Assembly: GCA_965215565.1 (NCBI GenBank)
Contig: CBDCDZ010000004.1
Coordinates: 4,128,001 to 4,192,000 of the forward strand
Direction of reading: 5' to 3'
DNA: 64,000 nucleotides
From: Trueperaceae bacterium
GTDB lineage: Bacteria > Deinococcota > Deinococci > Deinococcales > Trueperaceae
Shown here: positions 59,351-64,000 of the stretch, piece after piece
How the letters are laid out: the number at the start of each line of letters is the position of its first letter
Position numbering within the stretch: position 1 is the first letter of the stretch
Made by a program: the position numbers and the translations under genes
Notes under the pieces: generated by a model
Seen by the model: only the letters and a program-made list of their open reading frames with translations
Database searches by the model: none
Told to the model about the DNA's origin: nothing

Positions 59351-59455
59351 TGTCATTCTGAGCGGAACGTAGTGGAGCGTAAGAATCTCTGCATTTGCCT
59401 TCTCCTCTGTGAGAGATTACAAGACGAGACCCTTACGCATTCGCTCAGGGTGACA
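59351..59455. repeat. REP/REPIN-like repeat, family 2, copy 3
   Basis: TGTCATTCTGAGCG...AAGAATCTCTGCATTTGCCTTCTCC...CGCTCAGGGTGACA with inverted termini. Confidence 0.75.
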
Positions 59456-59481
59456 AATAATTACGTTGACTAACAGTATAT

Positions 59482-60501
59482 TCATTGCTGTTGACTGATG
59501 TACTGCGCAATCCTCCTACGAATAATCTGCGCATTCCCCATCCTCCGCCCGAGTTCAGCCTCGAGCGCCCTTACAGGAAGTAGCTGCTGCGGCGCACGCG
59601 GGTCTTGGTGTTGGCGGGTGGCGAAGCGGGGCAAGAGGGTGCTGAGCCAGTCGGCGAGGTGGCAGACGCGCTCTAGGGTTTCTTCGGGGCGTGAGCCTGC
59701 ATAGGCTTGGAGGCGCACCACACCTGCGAACGAGTAGAGCCAGGGGCGCGGGTCGCGGAGGCGCAGAAACCACTCGAAGACCTTTTGGCTCTTGTCACCA
59801 TCGCTGACAACGTAGAGAGGTGAACGTTGTCCCTCTTCCAAATTGCGGACGACCTCGAGATGCTCGTTCTCCAGCGGCAGCGTGTGGTGCGTTTTGATGT
59901 AGCCCACCACATTCGGCACGTTGCCGATGCGCGGTCTTGGTCCGTCCGTGAGGATAAGCCCATTAGGAAAGCAGTCGGTGAGGCTCGAGGCTAACCCCCG
60001 CTCCGCGTTCAACATCTCGAACTGGATACGTCGCACCACCGCGTCCGCGTCGCGTTCTTCGGTGGAAACGATGGTGTAGTTAAGCTGCCCGAGCTGACCT
60101 TTGAGCGCTGAAACCACATCAAAGCTCGCCAAGTTGTGCCCACCACTCAGCGTGCAAATACGCCGCACGCCGCGCACATTGACCTCTCGCTCCAAATCCA
60201 CGAAACATGCTTTACGCGAACCTTTCGAGCAACAACTCACCACACCGATGCCGAAGGTTCCGATGGCTCCAAAGGCGACCTGTTTGCGTTCGTCCTCCAA
60301 GAGAACTCTCGCCTCCACCCGGCGGCTCCCGTCCGTGAAGAAGAGGTCTCCGTAGAGGCTTTCAGAGGATTTCGGCGAGACCGGACGCCACGTGTCCACT
60401 TCGACATGGGGGTCTACATGCGTCGTCTCGTCGGGCGTCATTTCTTCGGCGAAATACGCGGTGTTGTATTCGGCGGCCCAGGGATCGAGTCTTAGTTGCA
60501 T
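59482..60501 (-). CDS. nurA: NurA-like nuclease
   Basis: LRLDPW, FTDGSRR, LTDGP, VGYIKT and DPRAPQQL.P..ALE motifs; paired with herA. Confidence 0.8.
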   Translation of the reverse strand: MQLRLDPWAAEYNTAYFAEEMTPDETTHVDPHVEVDTWRPVSPKSSESLYGDLFFTDGSRRVEARVLLEDERKQVAFGAIGTFGIGVVSCCSKGSRKACFVDLEREVNVRGVRRICTLSGGHNLASFDVVSALKGQLGQLNYTIVSTEERDADAVVRRIQFEMLNAERGLASSLTDCFPNGLILTDGPRPRIGNVPNVVGYIKTHHTLPLENEHLEVVRNLEEGQRSPLYVVSDGDKSQKVFEWFLRLRDPRPWLYSFAGVVRLQAYAGSRPEETLERVCHLADWLSTLLPRFATRQHQDPRAPQQLLPVRALEAELGRRMGNAQIIRRRIAQYISQQQ

Positions 60502-60667
60502 CTTCGGCACAGCATAACCCGTGAACGTGCAGAGGTAGAAGAGAGGTATCTGACCTCACACCATTCCCTTCGGATGCTCTTCCCGAGCGAACTGCGCTAA
60601 GCACCTCTTTTTACGGAGAGCCCTGGCGTTAGGCTAGAGTTATCTATTCTCTCAGGAGGCGTAAATT

Positions 60668-60994
60668 ATGGCGATGGAAACCTTGCAGACTAAAGATGAC
60701 TTGGAGAAGATGCTGGCGCGTTCGGAAGAGGAGACCGTCGTGCTCTATAAGCACAGCGCGACGTGCCCGGTCAGCGCCCGCGCTCAGGAGCAAGTCGTCC
60801 CGCTTAAACATGAGATGAGCGTCTACTCAGTTGTGGTGCAGTACGCCCGCGACGTGTCCGAGGCGGCGGCGGAGGCGTTGGGTGTCACGCATCACACGCC
60901 ACAAGCCATCATCGTTCGTAACCGCGAGGCGCAGAAACACTACTCGCACGAGGGTATTACGACTGAGGTTGTGCGCGAGGCGGCGACGGGCTGA
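60668..60994 (+). CDS. YtxJ/BrxC-like monothiol bacilliredoxin
   Basis: YKHSATCPVS, V.HHTPQAI and SHEGIT motifs; AGGAGG RBS. Confidence 0.8.
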   Translation: MAMETLQTKDDLEKMLARSEEETVVLYKHSATCPVSARAQEQVVPLKHEMSVYSVVVQYARDVSEAAAEALGVTHHTPQAIIVRNREAQKHYSHEGITTEVVREAATG

Positions 60995-61365
60995 GGGTTA
61001 GGAGGGCCTTTCGCCTCCTCCTCGCACTTGCTTTCATTCTGGCGGGGGCGAACCATTTCGTCAGCCCTGAGCTTTACCTCAGCATCGTATCGCCCTACTT
61101 GAGCGCACCTCTTGTGCTCGTCTATCTGAGTGGATTTTTCGAGGTACTAGGCGGCGTCGGCGTGCTCGTACCGCGTTTCAGAAAGGCGGCGGGCTGGGGG
61201 CTTATCGCGCTCCTCGTCGCGGTATTTCCAGCGAACCTCTACATGATCACAGCGAGCGAGCAGTTCACGCAACAGGGCGTTCCGCTCTGGGCGCTCTACC
61301 TGCGGCTTCCTCTTCAACTCGTCCTCATCGCTTGGGTCTATTGGGTCACGCAGGCTGACACTTAA
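60991..61365 (+). CDS. DoxX-like membrane protein (start uncertain, possibly CTG)
   Basis: FILAGANHF, LVYLSGFFEVLGG, AVFPANLYM and LRLPLQ motifs; homology extends upstream of the TTG at 61099. Confidence 0.75.
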   Translation: MRVRRAFRLLLALAFILAGANHFVSPELYLSIVSPYLSAPLVLVYLSGFFEVLGGVGVLVPRFRKAAGWGLIALLVAVFPANLYMITASEQFTQQGVPLWALYLRLPLQLVLIAWVYWVTQADT

Positions 61366-62354
61366 AGAGGTGGCAGCGTCGTCGTGTAGCTCCTTACGCG
61401 GTTTCTGCCCGCGCGCTTCGCTTCGTAGAGGGCGCGGTCCGCTCGGTTGATGAACGTTTCCAGGTCATCTTTCCGGCGCGGTGTAAGCGACGCAACGCCT
61501 AGACTGAGCGTGACGTTGGGACCGTACGGCGAGCAGTCGTGCGGCAGTTGCAGCGCCTCGACGCCCGTACGAAGCTTCTCCGCCACCACCTCCGCGCCGC
61601 GAATATCGGTGTTGGGTAAGATGACGGCGAACTCTTCACCGCCGTAGCGAGCCACTAAGTCACCCGCGCGGTGCGGGTGTTGGGCGAGGGTCTGCGCGAC
61701 CGTCCTCAGACATTCGTCGCCCTGCTGGTGTCCGTAGCCGTCGTTATAGGGCTTAAAGGCGTCGATGTCGCAGAGGATGAGCGAGAGCGAGGTTTGCTGC
61801 CGCACGGCGCGTCGCCACTCTAAGGCTAGTGCGTCGTCGAAGCGCCGCCGGTTGGCGATGCCCGTAAGACCGTCCAAAAAGGAGAGGGACTCGAGCCGCC
61901 GGTTCGCCTCTTTGAGTTCCGCCATCAGCCGCTCCAACTCCCGCTCACGCGCCTTACGCGCGTCCGTTTCGTGCTTGAGCTGCAGCGCGGCGCGGACCCG
62001 CGCGGTTAGTTCGGCTTTGCTGGGCGGCTTGATGATGTAGTCGTTGACGCCTGCAGAAAACGCCTCTTGGAGCGTGCTTAAATCGTGGCTCGCCGTCACG
62101 ATGATGACTGAAATATCCCTTAGGTGCGCCTCGCGTTTCATGATGGCGCAGGCTTCGGTGCCGCTCAGTCCCGGCATGTTCTTGTCCAACAAGATGAGGT
62201 CCACTTCGTCGGCGACGTTCGGACCCTTCGTTCTCAAAAAGTCGAAGAGTTGATGGGCACTCTCGAAGGTGCCCACGTCCGCGTAGCCGACCTCTTGCAA
62301 GACGGTGCTCAGCACGCGGCGCTGTGAAGCGGAGTCGTCAACGATGAGAATCAT
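61362..62354 (-). CDS. Response-regulator diguanylate cyclase (REC-GGDEF)
   Basis: ILIVDD..LLDKNMP receiver; DGLTGIANRR, RAGD I-site and RYGGEEF motifs. Confidence 0.92.
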   Translation of the reverse strand: MILIVDDSASQRRVLSTVLQEVGYADVGTFESAHQLFDFLRTKGPNVADEVDLILLDKNMPGLSGTEACAIMKREAHLRDISVIIVTASHDLSTLQEAFSAGVNDYIIKPPSKAELTARVRAALQLKHETDARKARERELERLMAELKEANRRLESLSFLDGLTGIANRRRFDDALALEWRRAVRQQTSLSLILCDIDAFKPYNDGYGHQQGDECLRTVAQTLAQHPHRAGDLVARYGGEEFAVILPNTDIRGAEVVAEKLRTGVEALQLPHDCSPYGPNVTLSLGVASLTPRRKDDLETFINRADRALYEAKRAGRNRVRSYTTTLPPL

Positions 62355-62467
62355 AGGCTCGCGGTAAGGCTCGAGAATAACGGCAAGAACGGTGTAACAT
62401 ACAGTCACTCAATCTACCCAAATTTATACCTCTTGCACCGTCAGGTAATTCACGTCCGCGCGAGCTG

Positions 62468-63583
62468 TTAAGTTTGAACGTGCCGCGCTGCAACCTCTCC
62501 CCACACGCCTCTCGGCAGCGGATGAACGCCCGCTCGCCAGGTTGCGCCCTCAGAGACCATGAATTCGAGCCCCGCTACCATCACTGCCAAGGTCAAGTCA
62601 AAGGCGTTCAAGCTGTCACCGTGACCTGCCGTGAGGTTCGCCATCGAGCCGCCCGCGAAGAGGTACACCGTCTTGCCGTCTATCTCGCACGCTTCAACGA
62701 AGGGGATGACCTCTCGCCGCGTTCCCAGCTTTGAGAGGTTGATCTCATTGGCGACGTGACCGACGTTGAGCAAGAAACACCCTGGCTTGAGGTGGCGGAT
62801 GACCTCTTCGCCGATCACGTCTGGGACGCCTGTCGCTGTAACGACGACGTCGGCGCGTTCGGCGAGGTCCGTTAGCTCGCTGGTATGCCAGCCCGCGTAA
62901 GTTGCGCTCAACCTTCTCGCGGCGTCCCTTTCGGTTATGCTCACCGCGCCGCCGAACGCTCTAGCCGCCTCCGCCACGCCTTGCCCCACGAGACCGTACC
63001 CGACCACGACGACGCGCTTGCCGTGGAGTGAGAGCTGCGTGCGCTCGCAAAAGGTCTGCCAGGTGGAAAGCCCAACGAGATAACGGTTGTGGAGCCCCTC
63101 TTTGATGGGCAAGTCGTCCCAGTTGAAGACCGGATAGCGCAGCGCCACCTTCTCTTGTAAGCGTTGTAAGCGGCTGATGCCTGAGCCTGTCGCCTCGAGC
63201 CCCGCACGGACGGAGGTCTCGCCGCGCTCATGCGCTGCGACGCTCAAGTCTGCGCCCATCTCGCAGGTGTGCGTAGGCTGCCACTCGAGCCCCCGCCGCA
63301 CCCCCTCTTTGGTGTCCGCATTCCTCATTCCCTGCCACGCATGGACCGTTGCGCCTCTTTGCTCGAGATACGCCGCCACCTCACCTCGTACCGTTGTTCT
63401 ATTACACGTCGTTAAGAAGAGGTCGGCACCTCTTTCTAAACATGCCTCCAACGCCGGGACCATCTTGAGGTCTAAATGTACCGAGCAGGCGAGGCGCACG
63501 CCGCGCAAGTCGGGCAGACGTTCGCAAAGAGCGCGCGTCAGCGGCATGTTGAGCCGCGCCCACGCGAGCGACCGCTCGAACAT
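62468..63583 (-). CDS. Adenosylhomocysteinase-like protein (divergent)
   Basis: MPLT..., CSVHL, GYGLVGQG NAD site, VTATG and NVGH motifs; TGATG coupling to yjbQ. Confidence 0.8.
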   Translation of the reverse strand: MFERSLAWARLNMPLTRALCERLPDLRGVRLACSVHLDLKMVPALEACLERGADLFLTTCNRTTVRGEVAAYLEQRGATVHAWQGMRNADTKEGVRRGLEWQPTHTCEMGADLSVAAHERGETSVRAGLEATGSGISRLQRLQEKVALRYPVFNWDDLPIKEGLHNRYLVGLSTWQTFCERTQLSLHGKRVVVVGYGLVGQGVAEAARAFGGAVSITERDAARRLSATYAGWHTSELTDLAERADVVVTATGVPDVIGEEVIRHLKPGCFLLNVGHVANEINLSKLGTRREVIPFVEACEIDGKTVYLFAGGSMANLTAGHGDSLNAFDLTLAVMVAGLEFMVSEGATWRAGVHPLPRGVWGEVAARHVQT

Positions 63584-64000
63584 CACTCGTCGCCGTGAAT
63601 GGTGACGGTGATTTTCCTGGACCCCCCTCGCTCGCGGTGCTCGCACAGGTAAATCCCCTGCCACGTGCCGAGCATAGGTCTGCCGTCCTTGATGGGGATG
63701 GAGAGCGAGAAGCCTAGCAGCGACGCTTTGATGTGCGCGGGCATGTCGTCTGGACCTTCTAACGTGTGCCGAAAATAGTCCGCGCCGTCCGGCACCATCC
63801 GCCGGAAGTGCCGCTCGAAGTCGCCGCGCACGTCACGAGAAGCGTTCTCGTTGAGGGTCAAGCTCGCGGAGGTGTGCTGGATAAAGAGGTGCATGAGACC
63901 GACGCGGACGTTCGTCTCCACCTGAGACATGACCTCATCGGTGACGAGGTGAAAGCCGCGCGCTTTCGGGCTGAGTTGAACGGTTTGCTGAAACCAAGAC
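63583..64000 (-). CDS. yjbQ: YjbQ (UPF0047) family protein, start cut off by the window edge
   Basis: HTSASLTLNENA, EGPDDMPAHIK and LGTWQGIYLCEHR motifs; the frame stays open to the window end. Confidence 0.88.
   Translation of the reverse strand, partial: SWFQQTVQLSPKARGFHLVTDEVMSQVETNVRVGLMHLFIQHTSASLTLNENASRDVRGDFERHFRRMVPDGADYFRHTLEGPDDMPAHIKASLLGFSLSIPIKDGRPMLGTWQGIYLCEHRERGGSRKITVTIHGDE

Noticed and set aside
57460..60501. HerA as an anti-phage system (e.g. SIR2-HerA)
   Set aside because: It is paired with a NurA-like gene and has host-like GC, matching the housekeeping DNA-repair pair of Deinococcus-Thermus.
137..63605. Numerous overlapping or antisense ORFs in the six-frame track (e.g. 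137-646, 14047-14565, 44598-45248, 58231-58959)
   Set aside because: They are shadow ORFs of well-supported genes in GC-rich DNA, with no recognisable motifs.
1..64000. rRNA, tRNA or prophage genes
   Set aside because: I saw no cloverleaf or rRNA signatures and no phage structural genes on reading; tRNAscan/cmscan were not run.

Overview
This is a 64-kb bacterial chromosomal window of moderately high GC, most likely Deinococcota (Truepera-like). The assignment is inferred from the V/A-type ATPase operon, the nurA-herA pair, a HAIR box at clpB, a desiccation-type ferritin-like lipoprotein and many leaderless genes. Core genes include tatA/tatC, a chorismate mutase-DAHP synthase fusion, ppk2, clpB, zapE, the full V/A-ATPase operon, an Aap/Bzt-type amino-acid ABC transporter, nurA-herA, sugar hydrolases and a frameshifted LOV/PAS histidine-kinase cluster. 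Four observations stand out. (1) An IS110 element (7773-8900) sits inside one copy of a dispersed ~80-bp inverted-repeat element. Its left end carries a readable bridge-RNA-like sequence whose guide segments match that repeat and the element's own ends. (2) Two toxin-antitoxin/defence cassette arrays (16.5-20.3 kb and 51.4-57.4 kb) have no integrase. Their cassettes are separated by repeated 3'-end remnants of ancestral TA genes, most carrying a CTCGAG at a fixed position. (3) The palindrome CTCGAG is strongly over-represented across the window, in a HIP1-like way. (4) An ABC permease carries a large inserted domain with Ca-binding-like motifs. I saw no rRNA, tRNA or CRISPR array. All calls come from reading the sequence; no database searches were run.
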